64,000 nucleotides of DNA from Eledone cirrhosa (taxonomy: Eukaryota). Location: contig OZ024741.1 in assembly GCA_964016885.1 (NCBI GenBank), positions 285,882,001-285,946,000 on the forward strand, read 5' to 3'. Under the pieces are notes generated by a model. It had not been told where the DNA came from and made no database searches. It worked only from the letters and a program-made list of their open reading frames with translations. The first letter of the stretch is position 1. Each line of letters starts with the position of its first letter. Of the stretch, positions 31,491-45,580 are shown piece by piece. The position numbers were made by a program, and so were the translations under genes.

Positions 31491-32646
31491 TTTCTGCGTC
31501 TCCTCCTATATGGGTGGGTTGGGGGCGTCGTGAGTTGTTGGAGGGTTGTAGGGTTGCTGGTGGTTCCCGCATTGTTGTTTCCGCTTTGGGCGCTATGCGT
31601 TTTTGCTATCTTCACGGCCCGAATCTGTGGGGTGGTTGTTGCCCGCGCTGGGAGATCCACTGTGGGGTGGTCCCCCGTTACCCCCCCCCCCCCCCCACGT
31701 GTCCTGCGGTTGGGCCCGTCGAGCTAGGGGTGGTTAGCATCACCCCTGAGACTGCTACTCATATTGGGTTTTTCATCTCATGGTTAAGCGTACTCGTCAC
31801 CATCGCCCGTGTGGTGGTGTCAGGCTCATGGTGTTTATTTGTTTCTGTTGTGCCTGTATTTTTCATTCTTCATTTTACATGAATTTTTCATTTATTTTCT
31901 ATTTATTATTTATTTGCTGTTTTCTTCATTTTATTGCCTTCTATGTCTTCATATGCATGGTACAGCCACCCCACCCCCCACCACCACCACGAGAAATGGT
32001 GGCAGGATGGGTGAAGAAACATACACAGATACTTCTAAATGTCAGCAGCAGCAAGACCTAGGCTGACCACAGCACCAACGCCACTACCAAAATAAGGGTA
32101 TAGGTAAGATGTACTTAACAATAGCAAAAACAAACACTACACGTAGCCTCACCCCAGAAAGAATTTCTATAGACTTTTGACTGAGGAATGCTCTCACAAC
32201 TTACCAATGGGAGGAGTGACCTTACAAATCTTTCTAACATTGAGATTGGGTATAACACACACACATTTTATTTGATTATCTTATTTTATTTTGTTCCTTT
32301 ACCATCTTATTCCTTCTACCACTTTATCATTTTTTTTAGCTGAATCCAACACCAACACCACTACCAACATAAGAGTAGAGGTCAGATGTACTTAACAATA
32401 ACAAGAACAACCACTACAGATTGCCTCGCCTCAGAACGAATTTCTATAAACTTTTGACTGAGGAATGTTCTCACAACTGACCAATGGGAAGAGATGTCCT
32501 TTGACGCTGAAATTCGTTTGTATAAATTCATGTGATTCCAGTTCCCCAGTAAAATAACAACCCAACCAGGAACTGTGTATATCAGAGTAGAGGCAAAGTT
32601 AAACACCTCAACAACATGTGTACTCGTCTCTACCACACTAATTCGG

Positions 32647-32701
32647 ACTGCCTGAAGAGGTCACAGCCAAAGATGGCTGTCACCCAAATATATATAGCAG
32701 T
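32647..32701 (+). ncRNA. Family E hammerhead, GAAA>CAAA
   Basis: ACUGC-CUGAAGA-GGUCACAGCC aaagau GGCUGUCACC-CAAA-UAUAUA-UA-GCAGU. Confidence 0.7.
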
Positions 32702-32836
32702 AATAAACGAAGCCAAATTTTAAACATTTGACTTATTTATTTTATTTTACATTACTCAGGAGTAACCAAACCAACCTGCGCACTTCGTCGAGTGCTGCAA
32801 TCTGCATACTGAGGTGTGCTATACAACCAACATATA

Positions 32837-32899
<63 letters not shown>

Positions 32900-33106
32900 C
32901 TCTATATAGAACCTTTTACTATACGCATATATATATATATATCACAGAAAAAAGAGAATCAGTTTTGCGACGAAACGAATTTATTGCACATATTACTATT
33001 GTTTCTCAGGCGACCAGCTCGAGGCAGGATCGATGAGGTGATCAGACCTGACTCTGAAATCGCGCATTCCTCGGATACCTCTCGATTCTACGAAGCAGAT
33101 TTTTTT

Positions 33107-33149
<43 letters not shown>

Positions 33150-33249
33150 ACCACCCCCACCCCATCCACACCGCCCCCCTTCTATGTAAAGTTATGTTGG
33201 TGCCACACCATCCAGGCCGAAACAATTGAGATCGTGTAGGTGTCACGAC

Positions 33250-33471
33250 AAAAAAACACACAGTCCACGCTGTAATGTGGCCGTGTAGGCAACACGGTAA
33301 AAACCTCCCAGACCCACACTGTAAATGTGGTTGGTGTTAGGAAGGGCATCCAACTGTAGAAAACCTGCCAGACAGTCCTATGCGAGCAAGACAATCACTC
33401 TTGCCTCAAGTGGGAAAACCCCCGTCCAAACCCATGCAAGCGTGGAACACGGACGTTAAACGATGATGATG

Positions 33472-33472
<1 letters not shown>
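33250..33472 (+). mobile_element. SINE-like element with RTE-type 3' tail ending in (GAT)n
   Basis: ttggtgttaggaagggcatccaactgtagaaaac...ccatgcaagcgtggaacacggacgttaaacgatgatgat, recognised from memory as a common invertebrate SINE/RTE end. Confidence 0.55.
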
Positions 33473-33523
<51 letters not shown>

Positions 33524-33526
33524 ATA

Positions 33527-33591
<65 letters not shown>

Positions 33592-33604
33592 TTATGTTCA
33601 TATA

Positions 33605-33641
<37 letters not shown>

Positions 33642-33687
33642 TTATATTCATATATATATATATATATATATATATTTATTTATATTC

Positions 33688-33737
<50 letters not shown>

Positions 33738-33742
33738 TTATA

Positions 33743-33787
<45 letters not shown>

Positions 33788-33792
33788 TTATA

Positions 33793-33827
<35 letters not shown>

Positions 33828-34192
33828 TTATATTCATATATATATATATGAATATAAAGAATAAGTAACACCAGAGAATCGATATGCTGTGAAACTAACA
33901 CATGTTTCAACCGATTGAGAATGACAGTTCCTCGGAAAGGTCTTTGAAGTAATGTTCTACATAAGGTGCATAGCTCGGGAGTGAGGGAGTAGATCCAGTT
34001 ACGTTGGACATGTGCTTACAAAGCCAACTGGCATGAAATCCATAGTTAGAACAGGAGCAAGATGGTTGCATAACAACAATAAGCACGGTTAGTCTCGTTT
34101 AGGGATCCAGCCGGATCATTTGCTTCTGATAGGAGCTTCTAGGAACCGTATCTAGTGACCCTACCCCCACAACTCTCCTAGTAATATTTGTG

Positions 34193-34342
34193 AGAAGAAG
34201 AAGAAGAAGAAGAAGAAGAAGAAGAAGAAGAAGAAGAAGAAGAAGAAGAAGAAGAAGAAGAAGAAGAAGAAGAAGAAGAAGAAGAAGAAGAAGAAGAAGA
34301 AGAAGAAGAAGAAGAAGAAGAAGAAGAAGAAGAAGAAGAAGA
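34193..34342. repeat. (GAA)n microsatellite
   Basis: Read directly. Confidence 0.95.
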
Positions 34343-35510
34343 TAGCACTTCTACCTCTTTATTAATCCTCCACACCGAATACATTTATCACATTGAAATG
34401 AAATGCCCTCTATTAATAAAAATAGGTTACAGTGTGACCAAAATCATGGTATCTGTTTTAAGAGCACCAGACATACTGTCTAAAATTATTTACTGAACAA
34501 TTTTGAACTTCGGTATGTTCATATAATAAGGTACGCAATTCCATCGAATTCTCTAGAATTGTCAAATCTCAAAATGTCTGCTAATCGTTCATGTCGTCAT
34601 AGTATGCATACTAGTGTCATATATGCATCCCAATCACTGGAAGTAATTCGGCTTTGAATATTGTTTGGATCTCATAAACACTAAAAACCTAAAAACGTTA
34701 AAGTACTTTTCACATATCTGAAAGACGTGCAAAGATATCGACTGATTCTCAAAGATTTATTTGTTAACACGTTACAAACACCAATGTATAGACGCCTTAT
34801 TTATCTCACTATTTCACTTTCTACCTCAACTAAGAGGCGTCTGCTCTTCTGAGCTAGTTACCTTAATATCAGCTGCACCAAGTGACACAGTTATAACCCA
34901 TCGTTTTATACGATTATCTTTCCTATCTGTCATATCTAAACATCCCTATACACTCAATATTTGTTTTAAAAGGAATAATATTGACACCTATTTTCCACAC
35001 CTGTTACCTTTCAAAAAATTGACATCATTTATTTACCATCTAATAAAACCAGATAGAATCTGAAAATATATCTCATATTTATTTATTATTGGCGTATTTT
35101 TTATTGGCATATTGTCCTTTGTTCAACTGTCCTAATTGGGGTAATCAGAGGTGTGTGCCAATTGACTTTTTATATACATGCAATTATTCATGAACGTCAT
35201 CGTTGGTAACCCATTGATAAGAATCAAACGTTACCAAGTTCTATATTTTTGAAAGAGAGGGACATGTATGTTTATTTGAAATTAATTTCAGAAACTGTAA
35301 CGCATTTTATGATCAATCTAAGGATATCAGCTTACATTTCTTTCATTAGAAATAGTAAATTTAAAAACAAGTTAACAAAAACAAGGGCTACAATAAGAAA
35401 TGCTAATGACAATAGAAAGATTTTTATCAATATATTTGGATGTTGTCTTTTGTGGCGCCACCTATTTAGGGACAGGTGGTGACGATAAGAAGCAGAAGAA
35501 GAAGAAGAAG

Positions 35511-35541
<31 letters not shown>

Positions 35542-38500
35542 GTATAAAATAACATTGGATATTATGAGGAAGAAGGTGACGATTAAGATATAGCAAAATG
35601 AAGAAGAAAAAAAAACGGAATAAAAAACAAATTCATGGAAGAAAGACGTATAAATAGGAAAGTGCTCCAAAAATAATAGAAATGAAGTCACTGAAAATAG
35701 AATTAAGTAGGTATAAAAAGATTTTGATTGTTCCCGTAAGTATTTTGGGGACTTAGACAGATGTTGAGAGGCATACAAATCAAATAGCAATTAAAAGGAT
35801 TAATGGAGAGACACGGTGGAAACAATTCACATACATATTATTTCGTTTTCTCAAGAATAATACCAGATGAAAACTACGGATTCAGTTTATCACATTCAGA
35901 GTAAAACTGGCGACAGTCGCTATATACTTATTCTTTGTTAAGTCGCTTAGTGACGCTAATCCTCTGCAGTAGACATCAAATGTGACGGGTTGTTTCGAGA
36001 ACCAAACAAGAAAATGAATTATATCCAAATAGAGAAATTTGAGCGAAGATGAGAAAAATAAACAAACATAAGACAACCTAAGTTAATCAAAACTTGACTT
36101 CTCACTTCACATTTTCTTTCAAATTCATCGACCAGTATACAAACTATATAGAGAAATATGCCCAAGTGATAATATAGTGTCTACTAAACTCTGACTTTGA
36201 TGTAACCCCGAGATGGGTTGCCCATATTTGCTTTATTTTGTTTTTAATAGATAGAAGACATTTTGATATTTATTTGAGAAATGCTAGTTATTTTTCTATC
36301 ACAACTTTTACCTTCACACGAAATCCAAAAGTCTTGACTCATGAGTTATTTTAAGACGCATTCAGATTTATTGTATTAAATAATGATGTACCCACGTCAT
36401 AAGCTTTAAAGAATTTAACGCTTGAACAACGATACACAAATCTTATATATAATGAGATATGTGATGAGCCTATGAGATATGTGATGAGCCTTTATTGCAC
36501 ATGGTGGATGTGACAGACGAGTAAGAAAAACTGAAAACGAGGAATTTGGGCTTGTGGAAAAATATCTATTGTAAAACAAAGAACAGGTGCATGAGGTAAA
36601 TTTATTACTGAAAAAAAAAAAAATTCTTTCTATGCATACATTTATTATATTTTATATTGCAGTGGATTTGCGACGTCATTTGAGTTTCGATCAAATGCTT
36701 AGTAATATTTGTTTCGTCTCTTAACGTTCGGAGTTCAAGTCCCGCTGGAGTCAACCTTGCATTTCATCATTCCGTAGTCAATACGATATGGTACTAATTA
36801 CGTATTGGGCGTCGATATAATCAACTTACCTCTTACCAATTGCTGGCCTTGTACCATTGTTAAAAGGAATTATGTTTTATATTAATATATATTTCTACAA
36901 ATAATTTTTTATTTAGAGTTCAGATTATTGCGAGCAAGCGACAGAAAAAAATAAAAGATACTTGCAGCTTTAACATAGTTCCCCCAAAACATGCACAGTA
37001 ATTGACCCTATCTATTGGTATCATGTACGATTATACGTAAGCTTGAATTGATTGTTGTTACAATGTCTGATAGAATGCTTCATGACATTTGTTCCAGCTC
37101 TCTGTGGTTTGAGTTCAAATCCCGTCAAGTTTAACTTTGCCTGTCATCCTTTTGAGATTGATAAGTAAAATACCAATCCAATAATAGGTTGATTATACAC
37201 CTGTATCTCTTTCCCACTTTCATTTCACCGCCCTCGCATTCAGACGCTCGGATGAATGGGTTCCTCCAGGTTTGAGTATCACTACGGTGCAGCTTGTAAT
37301 CCAGAAAATATTAAAGGCCCATGAATATGGACATGGATGATTATATACTATGTGTGTGCGTTTGTGTATGTGTGTGTGTGTGTGTATGCATGTCTAGGCT
37401 GTTACATTGCTATCAAGTTTGACCAAATTTTTGTATGCTCCTCTTATTTCCCTTTAAAGATACAGTGCCTTCCCCAGACGAGGTGTCAGATTAAAGGAAG
37501 CATGCAAATTGAGCGAATTCAAAATCGCCCCTCCCACACTTCAAATGTTCTTTAACGTAGAACGAAGCCTATAGAACCATTTCTACTCCGGCCGATAACA
37601 CAACTTCATGAAACTATTTTTTCCTGGCAATTTAAATTACATTTATTTTTGCTATCACTTTTGTGGAATGAAAATCAATATAAATCAAGGATTTTGATTA
37701 TCTTTTGGGTCAAATTATTAAAGCCACATAGAAATCAAGCATAGATGATCAGAAATGCCATTTCACTTCTTATGTGGTTTATAGAAGGTGAAAGTGTTGC
37801 CGTCAAGTCTGAGATATGAAGTGAAGATTTTTTTGTTTCTTTCTTTTTTTTTTTTTTTGTAATTGTTAATACGTTTTATCCGACAACATATGTTAGAATT
37901 CAATAAGTTATTAATCGCATTTCTAATAATGTATTAATAATATTTATCATTATTATTTACTGGTGAATATTAATATGAATACGATTTCCATTGAATTTTG
38001 TATTCTGATATCCTAGGGTGATATCACTAGGAACTGCAACCACGCCTTCATGTAAATAATTTAAAACTGCTGGTTCTTAGTTCTGCAATGTTTTGTGTTT
38101 GAATAAGATGGAAAAAATCCATATTAATTTTAAACATTCAATAAAAATGTAGGTAGATAGCTAATAATCAAAGGAAGACTTTTGTTACAATACTGTGAGT
38201 CAGACCGTTGAAACAGATACCAATAAAAGACAGTGTTGTAGTTTGCGTTGTGTAAATATAGACAATGGTGTGGTTGTACCACAAAATTGCATATAGGATA
38301 TTATGTTAAAATTAAGATAACAAAGACGCCAGAATGCTTTCTTCATATTGTCTTTCTGCTCTTCATATTGCGGGACAAAACCCCATAATCCTGAATTTTT
38401 AAACACTTTCAAACAGCTTCTAGGTGGTTACTTTCCAGTATTTTTGCTATTGTCACAGATTTGTCGATATTTTAAGCATTTAATGCCATTAACTCTGACG

Positions 38501-39025
38501 CAGCACTCTAAAAAAAGCACACTATTTTCTACATACAATTATATTTTAGAGTATTTTTCCTTTTTATATAATCACTAAATGCTTTATTTCAAATACATCC
38601 CCTTACATATTTCCATTTCTTCAATTTTGATTAAGAGTTGAGAGTGTGTATCTTGGACTATCAACATTTCGACATATGCATCATTTCTTATCGAACAATA
38701 CTTATTTTAAATATTACTATTCATAAGATCAATATCTCATAATTTTTTAACAGAGTTATAGATCTCACTATATTATATCATATTATGTACGCTGATGCAA
38801 CATCCTATTGCAATTCCGTTTAGAAAATTGTCGCTTAGATACGAAGGTCATATATTATTTATAACAAGAAATACTAAACGGTATTACTGTTGGTATGTAA
38901 AACATGTTAGGCATCCGATTTAAAGCAGACAAATAAGGCGATCACATTCAACGAATCTATTGTTATCCAAACACAGAATATTCAACCTAATCAGTGATGT
39001 TCTATTTTTAGAAGACATTTACAAA

Positions 39026-39065
<40 letters not shown>

Positions 39066-39072
39066 ATATATA

Positions 39073-40024
<952 letters not shown>

Positions 40025-41084
40025 CAGAGTAAGAGAATGAGAAAGAGGTTTAGAGTTTGAACGTAGGCATAGAACACATTAACTGTAAATATATATGTAT
40101 GGCCACAATTGTATAGCGATATTTCTTTGTGATATTTTTCCTTTAGTAGACATAAATTATGAAACCTTAGTAAAACTTGTCAAACTTATTTTAAATATGA
40201 GTCATAAATAATGCCTGAACATATTTCAAATGTTCTGAATATTACGATTTAGTAGATTCGAATTTTTATGATACCTGTCCTTCTTGGGGCTGTTGTTGTT
40301 GCTATTTATGCTGTAGTTGGTTTTATTGTTGTTCTATTGATGGTTAGTTTTTGTCTGTTGTCAGTAAAAAATATATGAAGGGTTTCGAAATATCGATTCG
40401 AAAATTCTTTTATTCTAAGATGTTTCAAACGAAATAAATTCTTTTGATAACTATAGTGTATTCGAGATTTGTATTTTGTTTCTTTTCGATTTGGGAATCA
40501 TCTGTCTACAAAAGTACCGGATATATTTCGTTGGATTATATCTATCGAATATCCACAAAAGAATCAATAAGAATTCCTTTGCTTCAAATGAAAAAAAGAA
40601 AATGCTTGGAAAATCAATATATCAGCATTTATAATCATCTATTATCTTTGTCAAGTTCTATAGAATTGTCACCGCTACTGGTCTTCATAAGTTAATCAAC
40701 TGTAGAAGGTATGAAGGCATACGCGTGAATTCAGAACAACATTTATGTTACTCAAACTAGTTTCAATGACAGGTTAAACTCATAACTGTCCGTTCTAAAC
40801 GCCGTAATATAGAACTACATATATATATGTAAACCTATCCATTGCAAAATGTAGGAGGAAAGGCATATCGATATTTTCCTTTCAATACAGATAGGCGTTT
40901 ACAAAGGAATTTGAATAAATTCATAATCCTGTATCTAAGGGAGTCAGATAAAGAATAAAAAAGACAGATCCATGTGTAAAACTATCATCCAGTTTCAGAA
41001 TATATCACTAAAATGTTTGAAACGCTGCTCTTATATTGATATGATAGCTTAACAACAACAAAAATCAAGAACACGATCGTGAAT

Positions 41085-41420
41085 ACAAGCGGCCGAAATG
41101 GGATTCCTCGCTCCAGGTAGAGCCGCTACTTCTACTAATTGAGAGGTCACAGCTCCTATATTGCGGGCATGTGGTTAGAATATATAAGGAAAGAATCGCT
41201 TAATAGATTTTACGGGTAGAAACCAACAAGAAAGTGCTCCACGGCTAGATCCCGAGCAAGATGGCTGGGTAGCATCAATGAGTTTGGCTGGTCTCGCACA
41301 AGGATCCTTGTGGATCAATTGGTGACGGTTACTTCTGACAGGACCTACTGAAAGAATATTTTGAGGACTCTGCTGCCATGGCTTCCCAGGAATAAGTGAA
41401 CAAAGCAGAAAATAAAGAAG
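41085..41420 (+). mobile_element. RTE-clade LINE 3' fragment
   Basis: Manual translation AAEMGFL..., QVEPLLLLIERSQLLYCGHVVRI...ERIA...RARW, matching the RTE C-terminal RxQLRWxGHVxRM..R..RPRxRW pattern. Confidence 0.7.
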
Positions 41421-42569
41421 GGACTTCTCCGACGTACCTACACTTCACAATGTCACGAAAATATTCTTGTTGTGCTACCCAAAAGTAAAAATACTTTACA
41501 ATAATTATACTAAAAATTACAATGAGACTAATGTTTGTAATAAAGACAATTAGGTAGCAACAAAGAAAATTAGATAGCAATAAAGAAAATTAGAAGGAGC
41601 AGAGCAGGAGCGGCAGGTCCTACTCTCAGTCAAGGAGATATATATCAGCTGTACTCCGTGGACAAAATGCCGAAAACATTAAGAGAAGAGCAGAGAAGAG
41701 TCAGTGACACCCGCTGCATCAGCCACTCATCGCGGAACTCATTATTCAGGTGAAATTCACTTTTCTCAATTTTGCAGAGAAAAATTCCATTTCGAGGATC
41801 CAGAACAACAGAATTTTTGACAGGACTACTTCTCAAAGAAAGCAGCACTTTAAGTTCAATCAGGACCTCGAACGTAAAATATTCTACGCAAAATGTTTCG
41901 CTTATTACTTTAATAGTAATGCTAGGGAAAACATAAAAAGCGGCTGCTTAAACTTAATAAAAGAATAATGTTATTTCATGTTTTCAAACGAAAAGCTGAT
42001 TTGTGTATCTGAATGGGAATATGTTATCAGTGATAGATTTGGTAAACAAAAATGAGTTGATGTGCTATAAAACAGGGTTGGGATCTGGTCTTTCAAGTTT
42101 CTTGGAATGAATGACAAGTATGTTGATGTATTGTGAGTAGGGTTAATGAATGCAGGTAAACGTATAGAGAAGAAATTACCAGGTATAAACTGCGTAGCAG
42201 CTCAGTGGTTCGAAAAAATATTCAAACACACACAAATATACATTAAACAAACCGTAATAGTAATAGCGTAAACGTTAGAGTTGTCATTGATATATAAAAT
42301 GGAGAAACGATACAGTGAACCCAATAGGATAGAATTACTGATGCTGCGGGTGTCATTGGTTGTTCTACGCGGCATTGCTTTCGTCATTTTATCCGTGGGA
42401 CGCAGCTGAGATATACAGCCTAGACATTGATTTATAGTCAGTTGCTCCATCCACAATTTCCCTTTCTTCTATTATATATATATATATTTGAAACAAAGGA
42501 AAAGAATGACTTCACTTGTAGTGTTAAAAGATTTTTGATTTAATTTTATAATATTATAATATTATGAGT

Positions 42570-42666
<97 letters not shown>

Positions 42667-42722
42667 AAATAAAATAAAATAAAATAAATAAGTCAAATGT
42701 TTAAAATTTGGCTTCGTTTATT

Positions 42723-42777
42723 ACTGCTATATATATTTCGGTGACAGCCATCTTTGGCTGTGACCTCTTCAGGCAGT
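42723..42777 (-). ncRNA. Family E type I hammerhead, core intact, palindromic stem III
   Basis: ACUGC-CUGAAGA-GGUCACAGCC aaagau GGCUGUCACC-GAA-AUAUAUAU-A-GCAGU. Confidence 0.85.
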
Positions 42778-42912
42778 CTGAATTAGTGTGGTAGAGACGA
42801 GTACACATGTTGTTGAGGTGTATAAATTTGTCAATACTCTGATATGCCCAGTTCCTCGTTGGGTTGTTGTTTCATTAAGGAACTGGAATAAAATATATAT
42901 ATATATATATAT

Positions 42913-44010
42913 ATACAAGTTAATATAAATTAATATATGATAAACACCAATATGAACATATAAGCGTTTGCATTGTAAACGACCAAGTTAGCTAGATTGA
43001 AAAATACTAATTAGATTAATACAGTTTGCCTGTCTCGATTTCAAATAATAAATCAATAAAAACAAATCCATATTGGCAGCCGTGATACCTGGACAAATTT
43101 AAATTTCAAAATCCAAACCTGTTCCGCAGACAAATTTAAACTTCAAAACCCAAATAAGTTTCGCAACGATAATTTTAAAAAGTGAAAAATTCCAATACCT
43201 GTGGTCATCAACAGGTATCCAGAAATTAGCATGTTTCACCTCGAAATATATTTGAAGGACTGGTAATCAAATGCTAACGCACGTGGTTTCCCAGCTCCTA
43301 GCTAGCCCCATACTCGTGCTGCTAGAAATAACAGCCCTCTATATGGGATTAAAATTTAGATCAACAACAGGAGCCGTTAAATATTATATTTAGAGTTATA
43401 AATTCAAACAGTCTTTTACAATTAATTAGCTCGAAGAAAGAAGCATTTCTGAGCCGTGAAATACAAGTTAATATAAATTAATATATGATAAACACCAATA
43501 TGAACATGTAAGCCTTTGCATTGTAAACGACCAAGTTAGCTAGATGGAAAAAAACTAATTAGATTAATACAGTTTGCCTGTCTCGATTTAAAATAATAAA
43601 TCAATAAAAACAAACCCATATTGGCAATAACCGTGATACCTGGACAAATATAAATTTCAAAATCCAAACCTGTTCCGCAGACAAATTTAAACATCAAAAC
43701 CCAAATAAGTTTCGCAACGAAAATTTAAAAAAGGGAAAAATTCCAATCCTGTGGTCATCAACAGGTATCCAGAAATTAGCATGTTTCACCTCGAAATATT
43801 TTTGAAGGACTGGTAATCAAATGCTAACGCACGTGGTTTCCCAGCTAGCCCCATACTCGTGCTGCTAGAAATAACAGCCTTCTATATGGGATTAAAATTT
43901 AGATCAACAACAGGAGCCGTTAAATATTATATTTAGAGTTATAAACTCAAACAGTCTTTTACAATTAATTAGCTCGAAGAAAGAAGCATTTCTGAGCCGT
44001 GAAATACAAG
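42913..44010 (-). mobile_element. Two tandem ~545-550-nt non-coding units, diverged relatives of the 510-nt unit, each with a variant HHR
   Basis: Units start at 42913, 43461 and 44004 (atacaagtt). On the minus strand, stem I GAUACCUG/CAGGUAUC flanks UUGAUGA...GAAA...GUC. Confidence 0.75.
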
Positions 44011-45580
44011 TTTTGCGAGGTATTTGATATGAAATCGTGTGTCGAAACAGATATTGTTATACTTGGGGAGGGTCATATTTGTGTAATAATATTGCCAGAG
44101 TTAATAACAGAACACACTCACTGTTTGGTTGGTTTACGCTTCTGTGTCTTTTATATCGGTTAATTTAATTTATTCGGTCCTCAATGTTGCCATTGTCTGA
44201 CCAACGGTAAAAAATACAGATACAATATAGACACAAACACATATATATATAGTCTATCAAAGTTCTTTCGTTGCACATCTGCAACATCGTCAGTGGTGCT
44301 ATTATGTTTCCTCCCGTTGCATTGTATGCTTACGCCATCTTTATTTAGTCTGTTTATTTATTTATTTATTTGTTTGTTTTTTGTCTTCTCTGCGCATGCG
44401 TTTGCGTGTGTGTATAGTGTTTAGTTTGATGTGTGTTCTTGTTTGGGTGACTGTGTATTGGTTAATGTATTCTATCTTAGTTTACTAGTGTGTGTTTATA
44501 TGTCTTTGTTGTTATTGTGCTTGTGTATGTATTTATTTATTTATTTATTTATACTTCTCTTAGGTCAGTGTTGTCTGTTTGGGTGTTGTTGTTATTCGAT
44601 TCATTTTTTCTGTTTAGCCTTGGCCTTATAAGTTCTATTTCGCTGGCCTCTCTGATTTGCCTATCTGCTGGGTCATTTCTATGTTTAGATATTATTCTAA
44701 CTTCTATGTTGTCTATGTTACCGTTGTGTTGTTGTCTGGCATGTTCGTATAGTACTGAACCGTTTTTTCGTCCTTTTAGTTCCCCCCAGTGTTGGTCTAT
44801 CCTTTCACCTATGCTGTCTCACCTATGTATGTTGTTGTCATGTTTCTGCAAGTACCCTCTGTACATCTTATGCTATAGACTACGTTTCTAGTTTTACAGT
44901 TTATCCGGGGGTTTACTCTACATATGATACATTTCCTATTAGTACAGTGGGTTTTCTTAAAAGGGTATATTTTGCTGATCAGGGATTTTATGGTGGTTCC
45001 TGGCTTTTCTACCACCTTAATCTTTACGTGGGTCTTTCTTAGCGTCCACAAACATGACACTCTGGTATCTCTGGTTGTCGTACCATGAGGTGGCTTTCCC
45101 TATCTTATGTCTAGTCCTATCTAAGCTATTCCATGATTTGCTCCTGTATAATGGGCAAATTCCTTTCATGTCCCGTCTATGAGGGTCTTATATTTCTCCG
45201 TGGCTTCTTTGTATACTCTGATTCTGTCTCTTTGGTTGTAGCCAGAGAACTGCATGAGGTTGATGAAGTGTTGGATGTGTTTTTCCATTTCTGTTGGGTC
45301 GCACCTGCGGGACACGTTCTTCATCACTCGTACCAAGTCTGCGATCAGAATATTAAACTTACCACTACTGGACATTGCTGAGTTTTTGAGTATCAGGTAT
45401 TTGGAGGCCATAGGTTTAGCATAGTGTGAATGGAGAATTTGGGCTCTCTCGTCTATAGTGTTAATCCAGAGTTCCGTGTCTAATACAGGTAGTCTATTGT
45501 TAGGGTGTTTGGAAGGGCAGTCGATGGTTACAGTTATACTCTGGTGTATGGAATTAGCTATCTGCTGGATGCTTTCCATA
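44008..45580 (-). mobile_element. PLE subfamily A, 5'-truncated (RT thumb + GIY-YIG + pLTR + tail)
   Basis: ORFs 45166-45579 (LPVLDTELW...HYAKPMASKY) and 44809-45060 (CIICR...CKTRNVVYSIRC...YIGETA). HHR at 44257-44296. Confidence 0.9.
44257..44296 (-). ncRNA. Minimal hammerhead in subfamily A pLTR
   Basis: CA-CUGACGA-U-GUUGCA gaug UGCAAC-GAAA-GAAC-UU-UG, short stem I. Copy at 57558-57597. Confidence 0.65.

Larger units (their letters stand above)
29021..32835. mobile_element. Naiad-like PLE, inverted 5'-truncated insertion (family E)
   Basis: Minus arm 29021-~31800 (UTR plus coding). Plus arm ~31860-32750 is the rc of ~29021-29880, followed by tail 32750-32835. Further fragments at 42661-42895 and 63181-63317. 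Confidence 0.85.

Noticed and set aside
41590-41970. Possible host exon
   Set aside because: No recognisable protein motif or supportable splice structure.
45458-45580. N-terminus of the 1048-aa ORF
   Set aside because: It is the antisense of subfamily A coding sequence, open by chance.
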